Positions 14,557 to 29,393 of a stretch of 64,000 nucleotides of DNA are shown one piece after another; the first letter of the stretch is position 1, and each line of letters starts with the position of its first letter. The stretch comes from Eledone cirrhosa (taxonomy: Eukaryota). Location: assembly GCA_964016885.1 (NCBI GenBank), contig OZ024742.1:211978001-212042000 (forward strand), read 5' to 3'. The notes under the pieces are model-generated. The model was not told where the DNA came from. It ran no database searches and saw only the letters and a list, made by a program, of their open reading frames with translations. Made by a program: the position numbers and the translations under genes.

Positions 14557-16300
14557 CTGTTATAGCCTGAAGGGCAAGAATAAATAAGAGGGGGCTAAGG
14601 ACAGAGCCTTGATGAACAACTTTTACGCTAAATTCTTCACTATATTCACTATATACAAACCCAAACTGCATTTCATCTAGATCAATTTGGTCTCTGATTA
14701 GTTGCGCTATAACTCTTTCTGTAACCTTCATGACCCGGTCAACTAACTTAACGCCTCTATAGTTTCCCCTATCTTGAGCATCTCCTTTACCCTTGTAGCA
14801 GATAATGATGCTGCTGCTACGCCAGTCATTTGGCATGACCCCATTCTGTATTACTTGGTCTATTATCAGGGTGACCATAGTATGTCCCACCATTCCAGAT
14901 GCTTTCAACATCTCAGCAAATATCTCCGAAGGCCCAGCTGCCTTGCCTGTCTTCATATCTTTGATTGCCTTACTTATTATACTACCTTCAACTTGCACTG
15001 CTGGTCCCTCTATTGGATCGATTTGGGGCAGACTATCTTTTCCCCATTTATTCTCATTTAGTAGTCTCTCGTAGTGACGCTTCCAACCTACCGTCTTATC
15101 AGTATCAGTGAGGGCAAGTATACCATCATCATTACGGACACACTTCTCCCCGACAATATCACGGTTTTCCTTGACACATTGTCTAGCAATCCTGAACACC
15201 TCACGTTTTTGGTCCTTGCGTTGTAGAACATGCTTGAAATTTCTTTCCTCTGCTTCCCTTCTTGCAAGGTACACTTGTCTCCTATCTTCCCTCCTGGCCA
15301 CTTGATAGTGTTCTCTACTTCCCCCATACTTACCAAGCTTGCTTTTAGGCCTTGATTGACTCCTCCACCTTACTGTTCCACCACCATGTTACTCTCCTCC
15401 TGCCTATAGGTCTGTTCCAGCCACAGATTTCATGTCGCCTTCAGCAGGTTAACTTTCAAAAACTCCCACTCTTCTTCTATATTGTAGGTCTCTAATTGAT
15501 CTTCCCCACTGTCAAAAGCATCAAGTAATATGCTTTTAAATTTGTTACTGGCTGTGGGGTCCTTTAACTTTCATATTCTTCTGCTCAGGGTAGTCCTCCT
15601 CTGTTGTTAAGTACGTCTAGTCCTAACTATGAGGCTATGTTGGGAGGTGCATTCTTCGCGGGGCAGGGATTTAGTGTTTACAACAAACACTCTGTCACGT
15701 CTTCTAGTAAGGATATAATCTATCTGGCTGGTGTGTTCCCCTGATCTATAGGTGATCAAGTGATTGTCTCATTTTCTGGAGTTTGTGTTACAGATAGTTA
15801 GGTTATTAGCGTCACAGAATTCCAGGATTCTGAAGAACTTCCTCATTTCTGGTACCAAACCCGTAGCCTTCATGGATTCCGTCATAGCCATCACAATGTT
15901 GCCCAACATGACCATTTAGGTTGCCAGCGATAATTATTTGGGAGGTAGTGAGCATTAGCGACACATAGAACCTGTCTTTTATAACGTCAGATAGGCCAGA
16001 TTCGGGTGCATAAGCGGATATTATTGTCACTGTAGTTCTATTTAGGACTAGTCTTATTTTAATTATTCTATTGTTCACTCTATTTACAGCAATTACCTTA
16101 TCTACCCATTTTTCTGTTAACATAATTCCTACACCACCCAGCTCATTGTCATTTCCCACCCAAAAAAGTTTATAGAATCGTTTTTTACCCACAATGAATC
16201 TAGCAGACCCACCCCTCCACCTAGTCACTTGAACATAACAAACATCAACTTCCTTACGTTTGAGTGACCTTTCAAAGTGCCTTCATCGTACCAACTCTGA
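14557..16300 (-). mobile_element. Decayed RTE-clade LINE (endonuclease to RT, internally deleted)
   Basis: EN motifs GGVG, ISAYAP, AGNLNGHVG. RT motifs YKGKGDAQDRGNYRG, QFGF, HQGSVLSPLLF. Confidence 0.88.
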
Positions 16301-17214
16301 AGTTTTGGATTTCGTTGGGTGGGTGGAAGCGATGGGTTGGAGAAGCAGGGAGGGGTGTGGGAGAAGGAATTATGTTGGCCATCCGTGTCTGAAATAAAGA
16401 GGAGCCCTTGCATTCTCGTCCGGCAACAGGAAATGAATTTATCTTTATCTTTGACATTGTCATTGAGTGTTCAGATTGTTCAGACTCTCCATATACATAT
16501 ATATATATGTAATTTGAGACAAGTAACTATGTGTATACTCTGGTAATGTGGCTTACATTGCCCATTGAGTGCGTTGAGATACAACCGGTACTGGCATTGA
16601 TAAATATGCTGGGTCCGTCAACCCTTATTATTATTATCTCCCAATGAGCGGAATATTGAGAGTAAGTTAAAAAATTTTTCACTTTTTATTGTGTTTTTGT
16701 TTTGATATGCACTCTTTTTCCTGCTACTAATTTTGTCTCTCACTCTTTTAAGTTGTGAATTAGACTGGTTATCTACGCACGTGGCTGACACATTTCAGCT
16801 CACTACTATATTGTTATATAATGGATGATCGCATTTAAAGTCCGTTAAAGGTTCTTGACACTACCATTGTTACCATCGCTTTCCTCTAGCCATGGGGCTT
16901 GGAGACATGAACCGAATGCTACCATTCTATTTTATATCAATGTGAACTGCTATTTCTAATGGCCATCTTTTCACCCCTTGATAATTTGTGTGTGAGACAC
17001 GTTGGCTGAAAGCTTCTGACAGGAACTAAAAGATTGATTCTTTTTAGCTTCCCGTCCTCACGTAAAATTTGTAAATCAGTGGCTAGTTGAGAGATAGAGT
17101 CCTATCGGGTGCCAGTGGCTAATAGCTTTACCGTGTCAGTCGTCACAAACAGTCATGGCCGGCATAGACTGGTCTTAGGATTCTGTCGATCGATTGGTTA
17201 TTGATTAGGCGATA

Positions 17215-17324
17215 CCCGCTGATGAAGCCGCATAAGCAGATTGTGCATTGTTGCATAATATATGCAGACAGATGGTGCAGTGCACCTTACTGCTGCATTA
17301 GTGCAGCAGAAACTCGAGTCCGGG
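17215..17324 (+). ncRNA. Type I hammerhead ribozyme motif with long stem II
   Basis: CCCG-CTGATGA-(~83 nt, ends imperfectly paired)-GAAA-CTCGAG-TC-CGGG. Stem I CCCG/CGGG, palindromic stem III ACTCGAGT, GUC cleavage triplet. Confidence 0.6.
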
Positions 17325-17442
17325 AACCTTATAGGCAACCGTTTTACGTGTGCTGAATAGGACTCGTCCATCCCTTGCAAGAAGGGAAAAGCGGATGTAA
17401 AATGATGATGATGATATACATATATATATAATACATATATAT

Positions 17443-19570
17443 CATCAACATTTTACGTCCGCTTTTCCCTGCTTGCAAGGGTGGGACGGGATCTATTCAG
17501 CACAGCATCTCTCCACTTATCACGGTCCTTCGTAATCTCCACCGTGAACTTCAGCGATCTGAGGTCTGCTCTCACCACCTCTGCCCATGTTTTGCGTGGT
17601 CTTCCTCTACTACGTCTTCCATGAACTGGCATTTCTTCACCCATCGGTCATCCTCCATGCGCATCACATGTCCATATCATTGCAGTTTCCTCTCCTGCAC
17701 ACTACCGTTTATCCCTCTCAACACATCCAACGGAGCATGCTTGCCTCATTTCTCTCCAGCCGTCGCATATCCTCTGTAGTTGCTGCCCAAGTCTCACTAC
17801 CATGCAGCATAGCGCTCCTCACACAGGCATCATATAACCGGCCTTTCGTATGCAGAGAGAAACCCTTCTTTGTCAGCAGAGGAAGCAGCTCCCTAAACTT
17901 CTTCCAACCCATCCTTATTCTAGATACTATGGCCTCGGAACACCCTCCCATGCTAATCTGATCTCCTAGGTACCGGAAGCTATCAACCACTTCTATAGCA
18001 CCCATCTGCATTTGAAAAATGTGTCTATCAATGCGACTTCTACTGTCAAATTTCCCTGTACATCTACTGCATACGTATTTCTGCCTACCTGTTACTTTGC
18101 CTGCTATCTCACTACATCTCTTGTGTACCCAAGATCTGCATTGTGTACATTTTATAGAATTTATGCCAACTCTTCTACATATCAAACATGGCCATTTCCC
18201 TGGTGGAATCAGAGTTGTGTCCTCTTTTCTACTTATCAACACTTTTGTCTTAGCTAGGTTCACTCTCAGTCCTCTTGATTCCAACTGCTGTTTCCATAAT
18301 CAGAATTTATTCTATAGCTCCTCTACTGATTCTGCTATAAGAACCAGATCGCCAGCATAGAGAAGTTCCCACGAGCATCCAGTCTTAAACTCCTCTGTTA
18401 TGGCTTGGAGGACTATAATACAAGAGCAGGCTGAGGACTGAACCCTGATGTACACCTACTTGTATCTGGAATTCCTCACTAAACTCCATTCCTACACTCA
18501 ATTTACTGACAGCACCTCTGTACATATCTTGCACTGTCCTCACAAGCCATTCCTCTACACCTAATTTTCTTAGGCACCACCAGATGACAGATCGGCATAC
18601 CCTATCAAAGGCCTTCTGTAGGTCAACAGCTAAGTAGCTAAGTAGAGTGTCTTATTCTTCTCTAAGAACCTCTGTTGTAGTTGTTTCACTAAGAAGAGGG
18701 CATCTGTTGTACTTTTCCGAGGCAACAAAACCAAACTGCATCTCATCTAATTTGACCCTTTCTCTAATCAGTTGCGCTAATATTCTCTCTGCCACTTTCA
18801 TAACCTAATCTATCAGTTTTATACCCCTATAATTGCTCCTCTCCAGAGCATCCCCTTTACCTTTGTAGCAATTTATGAGAATACTGCTGCACCAGTTTTG
18901 GGGTATGACACCACCATATATAGCCTGATTGATGCATGCAACCAGTTTAGTACCTACGTCCCCTGATGCCTTCAGCATCTCAGCAACTATTCCCGACGGT
19001 CCAGCGGCCTTACCATTTTTCATTTCCTTAATCGCCTCTTGGACCCTATATTCATCGATCTCAATAGCTGATCCCTCTGTCGGATCTACCAGGGGTAATT
19101 TCTCTCTCTCCCATTCGTTCTCCACATTCATCAGTCTCTCATAATGAAATTTCCAGGCCTCCTTTTTCTGATCATTCGTGACACTAAGTAGACCGGCATC
19201 ATTCCGGACACATTTATCTTCAACAACATCCTGATTTGCACTGACACAATGCCTTGCAATGTGGAACACCGCACGTCTCTGATCTTCCCGTCGCAGAACA
19301 TTGGCAAACCTCCTACTAAATACACCTGACGTCTAGCTTCTCTCTTAGTGGCTGTATATCCTTCTCTACCCCCACCCTTTTTCCAAGCCTTCCATGCTAG
19401 TCTTTTGTCTCTAATGGCCCTAACTACCGTGCTGTTCCGCCACCAGGTCACTCTCTGTCTGGTTGGAGCTCTGCTCCAGCAACAAGCTTCATCAGTAGCC
19501 TGCAGTAAGTTGTCACGTAAGAAATTCCAGTCATCATCTATGTCATACAACTCTAAATCGTCTTCTTACT
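17443..19570 (-). mobile_element. Decayed RTE-clade LINE (RT, PHD-type finger, 3' end)
   Basis: Fragments TWW, CYKGKGDALERSNYRG, WPCLIC..CTQC..H..C..CSRC, LHGSETWA, GRPRKTW; short 3' tail. Confidence 0.9.
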
Positions 19571-19583
19571 ATACACATATGTA

Positions 19584-19638
<55 letters not shown>

Positions 19639-19716
19639 CGAAGGAAATGTGGTAAGGAACCAGGTGGACCATAACGCACCAAAGTACTCAATACTTGGGG
19701 TAGTAGAGTGGGTAAT

Positions 19717-19830
19717 AGGAACCAGTAAGACGCCAACGGCTGAGCTCAAGCCGTTTCGACGGCTAATTCTGGACTCAGAATTAGCCGTCGAAACGGCTTG
19801 AGCTCAGCCGTCGGGGTCTTACTGGTTCCT
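19717..19830. repeat. Fold-back palindrome, 55-bp arms, 4-nt loop
   Basis: 19717-19771 vs 19776-19830 with 2 mismatches; contains GTCGAAACG; abuts the 5' end of a young RTE fragment. Confidence 0.93.
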
Positions 19831-20523
19831 GGGCGCTGAAGGTGGAAGACTTACGTAGATTAGAGAGAAACGAAGCCTGCATGCTCCGATGGATGTGTAA
19901 CAGTAATATACGTGAACGACAAAGCATAAATGAATTGAGAGAGAGACTGAGCATAAGAGGAATCAAATGCTGCGTGCAGGAGAGGCGGTTACGCTGGTAT
20001 GGACATGTGATGCGTATGAAGGATGACAGCTGCATAAAAAGGTGCAGAGCACTAGAAGTTGATGGAAACCGCGGAGTGGGGAGACCCAAGATGACTTGGG
20101 ATGAGGTGATAAAAGCCGACCTTACCCAACTACACCTCTCAAAGTCAATGACACACGACCGTGACTTCTGGCGTCACGCAGTAATACAGGGTACCCGACC
20201 TCCCATGGGTACATGCTGAAGCATATAAACAATATGCCCCCCCCCCCCCCACCGCAAGGTGGTCGTGGAGGTGCCACGGCAAAAAAGCACCCAGCCCACA
20301 CTGTAAAGTGGACGTGTAGGCGCCACGAAAAAGCACCCAGCACTCACTGTAAATGAGGTTGGTGTTAGGAAGGGCATCCAGCTGTAGAAATCAAGCCAGA
20401 TCAGTTCCTGTATGAGCAAGGCATGGTCAGCCGACCAGACACTGCCCACAACAGGACAACCCGTCTAACCCATGCTAGCGTGGAAGAACGGACGTAAAAC
20501 GGTGATGATGATGATGATGATGA
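19828..20523 (+). mobile_element. Young 5'-truncated RTE LINE (RT C-terminus, 3' UTR, (ATG)n tail)
   Basis: Reverse complement of 51167-51861. Track ORFs are identical, with one synonymous difference seen by eye. Confidence 0.95.
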
Positions 20524-20821
20524 TACATACACGCGGGGACATAGAAATAATTGGGCTGGATACCCGATCGCGCAGTTAAACCACTGGGAGTAAAGGACCC
20601 CTAGCCCTTGTCAGAGCATTCTTCTACAAGGCATCTCAGGAAACTGGGTTAACTCCGACATAAAACATGCGGCTCAGTAGTTACCAATGATGTTGATATT
20701 TTCTTTTCAGGTTATAGCTGCTGTCACTCAGAGAGTGGGATTGGCTCAGTAAAAATATTCTTCGCGCACAAGCATTGCACGATTGCATTAATTAATAATT
20801 ATTAATAGTGTTATTATTAAA

Positions 20822-21560
20822 ATGTACGCAATGCAGATCTTGGGTACACAAGAGATGTAGTGGGATAGCAGGCAAACTAACAGGTAGGGAAATCTATGTA
20901 TGCAGTAATGTACAGGGAAAGTTGGCAGTAGTAATCGCAGTGATAGACACATTTTTCCAATGCAGGTGGGTTCTATAGAAGTGGTTGATAGCTTCCGGTA
21001 CCTATGTGATCAAATTAGCATGGGAGGGGGGGGGGGGGGTGCCGAGGCCAGAGTATCTAGAATAAGGATGGGTTTGGAAGAAGTTTACGAAGCTGCTTCT
21101 TCTGTTGACAAAAAAGGGTTCACCCTGCGTACAAAAGGACGGTTATATGATGCCTGTGTGAGATGCGCGATGCTGCATGGTAGTGAGACATGGGCAGCAA
21201 CTGCAGAGGATATGCAACGGCTGGAGAGAAATGAAGCAAGCATGCTCCGTTGGATGTGCAATGTCAATGTGCGGGAATGACCAAGCATAGACGAGTTGAG
21301 AAAGAAACTGGGTATAAGATGAATAAGTTGTGGTGTGCAGGAGAGAAGGCTGAGATGGTGTGCAGGAGAGAAGGCTGAGATGGTATGGACATGTGATGCG
21401 CATGGGGCATGACCGGTGGGGAAAGTAGTGCCAAGAAATCCCAGTAGAAGGAAGACGTAGTAGAGGGAGACCACGAAAAACATGGGCGGGTGGTGAGAGC
21501 AGACCTCAGATCGCTGAAACTCACGGAGGAGATGACGAAGGATCTGGTGATGTCCAGATA
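20822..21560 (+). mobile_element. Decayed RTE LINE fragment (same subfamily as 17443-19570 and 46249-48740)
   Basis: IEVVDSFRYL, KGRLYDACVRCAMLHGSETWAAT; internal ~26-bp tandem duplication near 21335-21385. Confidence 0.85.
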
Positions 21561-21746
21561 CGAAATATTTATACAAATTGTAAAAAGGAATGCTTGAAGC
21601 GAAATCCTATTTCTTTTTTTTTTTATTATAAGTTGAGCCAGCTTATGCGGCTTCATATGCAAATGAGATTAATCACCTCATTTACACAGACGAGAAAAGT
21701 ATATATTCTCACCTGTCTTCTAGTCCAGCAGTCGCAAGCGGTGAGA

Positions 21747-21799
21747 GGGACCGTCCTGACGAAGGCCAGTTAAGCCTGAAATGCATAGACGGTTGTCCC
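21747..21799 (+). ncRNA. Minimal type I hammerhead ribozyme (Penelope/retrozyme-type)
   Basis: ACCGTC-CTGACGA-AGGC(CAGTTAA)GCCT-GAAA-TGCA-TA-GACGGT. All core nucleotides present, stems I and II paired, palindromic ATGCAT stem III, AUA site. Stem I extends via GGGAC/GTCCC. Confidence 0.8.
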
Positions 21800-21833
21800 C
21801 CTTGCTTCTGCTGGCCATCACCAGAGGGCGTTA

Positions 21834-24222
<2,389 letters not shown>

Positions 24223-24225
<3 letters not shown>

Positions 24226-24497
24226 CTCAGACCGGATGATGTGTTGTTTCCTTGAGCAAGACACTTTATTTCACATTGCTCCACATTAATCAGCTGTAGA
24301 AATGAGATGATAGGACTGGGGTCCCTATCATTCCACTGCAAAGTGGTCGTGGAGGTGCCACGGCAAAAAAGCACCCAGCACTCACTGTAAATGAGGTTGG
24401 TGTTAGGAAGGGCATCCAGCTGTAGAAATCAAGCCAGATCAGTTCCCGTCCCACCCTTGCAAGCAGGGAAAAGTAGGCGTAAAATGATGATGATGAT
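24223..24497 (+). mobile_element. 5'-truncated CORE-like/RTE-tail SINE
   Basis: Matches 55887-56165; CCTTGAGCAAGACACTT core and (ATG)n tail. Confidence 0.85.
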
Positions 24498-24553
24498 ATA
24501 TATATATACATATATGTATATATATACATATATATATATACACACATATGCAC

Positions 24554-24586
<33 letters not shown>

Positions 24587-24780
24587 TACTATAAGAATAA
24601 AGGAACAAAAAGTCAGTGTTGCATCATAATATATTTAATACCATATTACATATGTGTCACTGTTGATCAGCTTGAGGAATGATCTATTATTGATCATCCG
24701 ATATGCCTTTGTATGTAATCTTGTCTTCGATCCTTTGTAGAAATTTTTCCAGTCGCTTTTTATATTCAGCATATTCTAAC

Positions 24781-24811
<31 letters not shown>

Positions 24812-24944
24812 TATATATATATACACATATATACATATATATACACATATACATATATATACATATACACATATATACACATATACATATATATACACAT
24901 ATATACATGTACATATATATACATTTATACACATACATACATAC

Positions 24945-24987
<43 letters not shown>

Positions 24988-24998
24988 CATACAAATAT

Positions 24999-25200
24999 GT
25001 ATGATGCGTGCATACGGTAGTGAGACTTGGGAGCTGTGTGCAGAAGACTTGTGTAGATTGGAAAGAAATGAAGCTTGCATGCTCTAATGGATGTGTAACA
25101 GTAATATACGAGAACGGCAAACCATAAATGGACCGAGAGAGAAACTAGACATAAGAATCAAATGCTTTTTGCAGGTGAGAAGATTGCGTTGGTATGGATA
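24999..25200 (+). mobile_element. Short RTE RT fragment
   Basis: [37 protein letters not shown]. Confidence 0.8.
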
Positions 25201-26546
25201 TTTTTTCCAATTCTACCCCACCCATCCCTTCAATCTATCTAATTTTGCATTCTTTCTTCCGATGAAGGACTAGCGTCCAAAACGTTAAGATCCTCTTCCT
25301 GCTATTTCAAGTGTTAACCTAATATTTTTTTTCCATATACTCTACCGATTGTGTTGTTATTTCTGTTTACCTTTTACATACATACATACATTATATATAT
25401 ATATAAGATGAGAATCAAAATTGACCAGAAATAAATTATATCATACTGAAAATATCTTCATATACACCCTAAATGGACTTTTGTCAAATAATGAGAAAAG
25501 AAATGAGAATATTAACACTTAAGTATATATCTTATAATAAACAAGATTGAGCAAACTAATTATTAGCTTAAAAACAAAAGAACCACCCCATGGGCAGAAA
25601 ATACTGATTCTTTTAACCCTTAAAATAAAATATTAATTTAAAGCTACTTAAGACACAATTTCAAGAGGGTTCTAATCAAAATATTCACAAACCTTATGCT
25701 ACAAACAAAATATATTTAGTTTGAGAAAGGATCTAATCTTTTAGTACTTAACTCATTAAAAACTCCATTTAAAAAAAATCAAATTGGAGTATTTCATTTC
25801 CTTCTTTCTAGTCATGCATCCACTCTTCTTCATATAGGAAAGAAGCTGATAGTCAGCTCGGATAGAGGAAACTATATTTCCATTGTTGATACTTTCCATT
25901 GTCAGTCACATTCCCCGGGCAGGAGGCAGGATTTTAGTTCAAAACATACAGAACCAGATCAAATACTGAAAAGCAACCTGTCTGACTCTTTAACAATTCT
26001 GCCAATTCACTTCTCTATAGATTGGTACTTTAATCAGTGACCCCAACAAAAGCTGAACAGCAAAGTTGACGGGATTTGAAATCAGAGTGCCAAGGGCAAG
26101 AAGAAATACTAAGGCATTTAATCCGATGCTGTAACAACTACTAATTCTTCTACATATAATCCGATGCACTAACAACTCTAATTTTTCCACATATATCCAC
26201 ACATAAATCTTCAACACATTGAACATGACACAATTCTAATACAGTGACTACAATGATGTTAGTAAATGATATAATGGTCAAAGAGATACAAAAAATTTAT
26301 GGAAAAAAATTTCAAGAGACTAAAATATTTCATCACTGAATTACCTGGGACTTTGATTAAATGAAATGTATTAAAACCAAAACAAAATCTTGTATTAAAG
26401 AATATAAACTGAGTTCAAAGTTGATGATGATTTAATTGGAATGAGCAAATGAAAAATAATCCATAATCTTAAATAATATGACTATTTTTTTTATTGTAGG
26501 AACATTATTTGTAACAAAAAAAAAAAGAAAAAGTAAAACAACTCAC

Positions 26547-26622
26547 CACTTTTGCTTGCAACTGTAGCATGCACAAGAAGAGCATCGACTGATCCACCTC
26601 TTATTTCTGGTCCCACTTCTGC
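26547..26622 (-). CDS. RAPGEF1: RAPGEF1/C3G exon, start of REM domain (AEVGPEIRGGSVDALLVHATVASKS)
   Basis: ttttatag acceptor, gtgagt donor, phase 0-1. Resembles the C3G GPDVRGGSGDILLVHAT motif as I recall it. Confidence 0.9.
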
Positions 26623-26722
26623 CTATAAAATAGAAACATGACAAATGGGGAAATTAAATGAGATAGTAGTTACTGAAAAATGTTTCAGGCAAAGCTGTAA
26701 AGAATCAAAATAAATGAGTTAA

Positions 26723-26930
26723 CCCTTTAGCATTTAAACCGGCCAGAATTCTTCCACCTCTCTCTGTTCAAACTGGCTGTAACTGACCACTCATACTGAT
26801 GTTAAGGTATTGTTCTCAAAATAAATATCAAAATCTCATAGATTTGATATTATGTGAGATAATTATGCAAGATAAAACCTTCACTGTGAAAATACGATAG
26901 TATATATAGAGTAATGTAAATGCTAAAGGG
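26723..26930. mobile_element. piggyBac-type MITE
   Basis: TTAA|CCCTTTAGCATTTA...TAAATGCTAAAGGG|TTAA; related copies at 40202 and 49950. Confidence 0.88.
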
Positions 26931-27870
26931 TTAAATTGCTTAACTCTTAACTAGTTTCTCTAAGTGAAAATGAAAACAAATTATTCTACATTTTCTCTGT
27001 CAGTATCTGTAGAGATAGGAGTGAAAGGATAAAGTCAAGATACCTAATGTGTAGAGATAGGTGTGAAAGGATAAATACTAGACATCTAATGTGTAGAGAT
27101 AGGTGTAAACATAGCAGAGACACAGTTGTTGTCATTAATTTGGATAATGAAAATATAAATAAATTAAATCTTAATAAATATTTAGCATTAGATTAAAAGG
27201 TGTAATGAAAATAAAAAATAAATAACTATATAGTTACATGTGCAAGGCCAAGATGCTTGCATAGTCACAAAATTTAATTAAATATGCAGTTATACATATT
27301 TGAATTCCAATGGATGATTTTAAAAAGTGTGAAATCACTAGCTTCTCATTCATGTTTCTCTGATTGACTCAATGAAACCTACAGCACCGAGAGAGTGCAA
27401 CTTTTTCAGCCTCACCATCATTATCATTTTAAAAAATCATTTTCCTATGCTTGCAAATGTTAAAATGTTTGCAATATGTCAAATCACCACTCAGTTTAAT
27501 CCAGCATCATCTTGTTTGTGATCATTTCATGTTTTTCAGGCTTCCTTTATCATAGGCACATTCCAATTTTTCACTCAACACTTATTTAGTTGCATGATAT
27601 AAATATAACTGTACTTTTGACTGATACTTTTAACATCCAGCCCCTCGCTCGGTGCTTTATCTTTCGCTGAGTCAATCAGAGAAACAAGAACAAGAGGCCA
27701 ATGACCTGACACTTTCCTTAAAATCATCCATTGCAATTCAAATAAGTATAACTGCATATTGTTTGGTGGTGAACGAAAGAAGCTTGAGAAGAATTTCACT
27801 GCATAGAGTTGTTAATAATACTGCTATTCTAGTGTAAAAATAAGAGAGAAATCAAAAGAATAATACTTAC

Positions 27871-28039
27871 TGGTCTTTTTCTGATCAATTGATCAGAGAC
27901 ATCCACATCATCTAATGGTTTTAATTCTATAAAGTCTGAGTCAGCATCTTTTAGGATTTCGGATTTTGGAGATACGGATTTATCATTTTTTTTCGTCTGT
28001 TCACTAACTTCAGCAGGGGCTGATGACCGCTTCAGTTCC
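27871..28039 (-). CDS. RAPGEF1: RAPGEF1 exon (ELKRSSAPAE...PLDDVDVSDQLIRKRP)
   Basis: tttcatag acceptor, gtaagt donor, phase 2-0, in frame with both neighbours. Confidence 0.88.
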
Positions 28040-29256
28040 CTATGAAACAATAATGTTAATATATAAAAATGTATGTATATATGATTGTATATTCCAAGTT
28101 GTAGGTTTGTACCTAGGTTAACTGAAATTTTGTAAAGGGACACAAGTTTTCAAGGAGAAGGTAAAAAACCAAGCAATGCCTTTTCTGATTGTTTTTCTTC
28201 ATTTTTTAAGCTCTTGACAGAAAAACTAAGAATACTGTATACCTCCAAGCAATGCAATGTGAACATCTGATCTGCTTGGATATCATTCCTTGTCCAACTA
28301 AAAACTCAGCATTATTTTAAAGCAAATTACCCAAAATATAGTGAATTGTAGTGAAATATTGTGCAATTTTAATGACAAGAAGGTTGGGTAAAGAGCAAGC
28401 GGCCACAGAATATATTTAAAAAAAAAACTAGCTAGTGAATCTGAAACTTATATAATAGAAATTACTAATGCACTGCTTTGATTGGTGTCCAAAGATTTAT
28501 TGATGGGAAAGTATAACTAAGGAAATGATCTAAACTTCAAATGTAAGGATAGGAAAATGATGGAATGATTAATCAACATAACTTTAGCAGTTGTTTCTAT
28601 AGCTGGAATACTAATTATCTTGGATTCGGAGAAAGTAAAAATGGAAAAGATGTGTAGAGGAATGGATTTGAAAATAGATTTTCTAATAATCAGATGTATA
28701 AAATAAGGTGTAGAGAATTTTCGACACTATGTACAAGAAATGTTTATACAATTCATGCAATACTGATCTATATCCTTTCTGTAGATGTATCTGAATAAGA
28801 GCAAATGTGTTGCAAATAGTAGAAGGCTATAGCCATTATATTTGAGGGGAAAAGAAGTAGAAATGAAGCTTGTTGATTCCAATTTTGAAATATTTAATTT
28901 AATTTAAAGTAGCTATAATTAAAGCAAGTAACAGAAATTATATCAAGAATTTAGTCAACAAAAAAGGATCATTAATTTTGTTGCTTTCCAGTTTGTAGGA
29001 AAATGGCTGAAATGGACAAATATTAACTTTTGCTATATACTTGAAGAATAACTGGAAAATATTATGTGTGGCTTATCGGAAAAATAAATTCTATGATTTT
29101 CCTATGTAGTTGAGGAATAACTGGAAAATATTGTCTGTGTGGCTTATGAAAAAGGTAAATTGAAGAAAACTAAGTAAAACAAGCCAAGAAAATTTACATA
29201 ACTCTAACATTGATATAGTTATAAGAAGTAAAGAATGTATATCTTAATTTACTTAC

Positions 29257-29393
29257 ATTTCAGGAGTTGTAGGTGGAACAACTGGCGGTTCTATCATACT
29301 AGCAGATTTTTCTCGAACTACTTCTGCAGGGCCTTCAATAGAGGCATCTGATTGGCTGGATATTGTAGATGCTTGGCTCTGTCTGTTTGAAGA
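29257..29393 (-). CDS. RAPGEF1: RAPGEF1 exon (SSNRQSQASTISSQSDASIEG...PPVVPPTTPE)
   Basis: gtaagt donor in phase 2. The phase-0 acceptor (tgtaatcag) fits the upstream exon, but an alternative AG at 29428 makes the 5' boundary uncertain. Confidence 0.72.
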
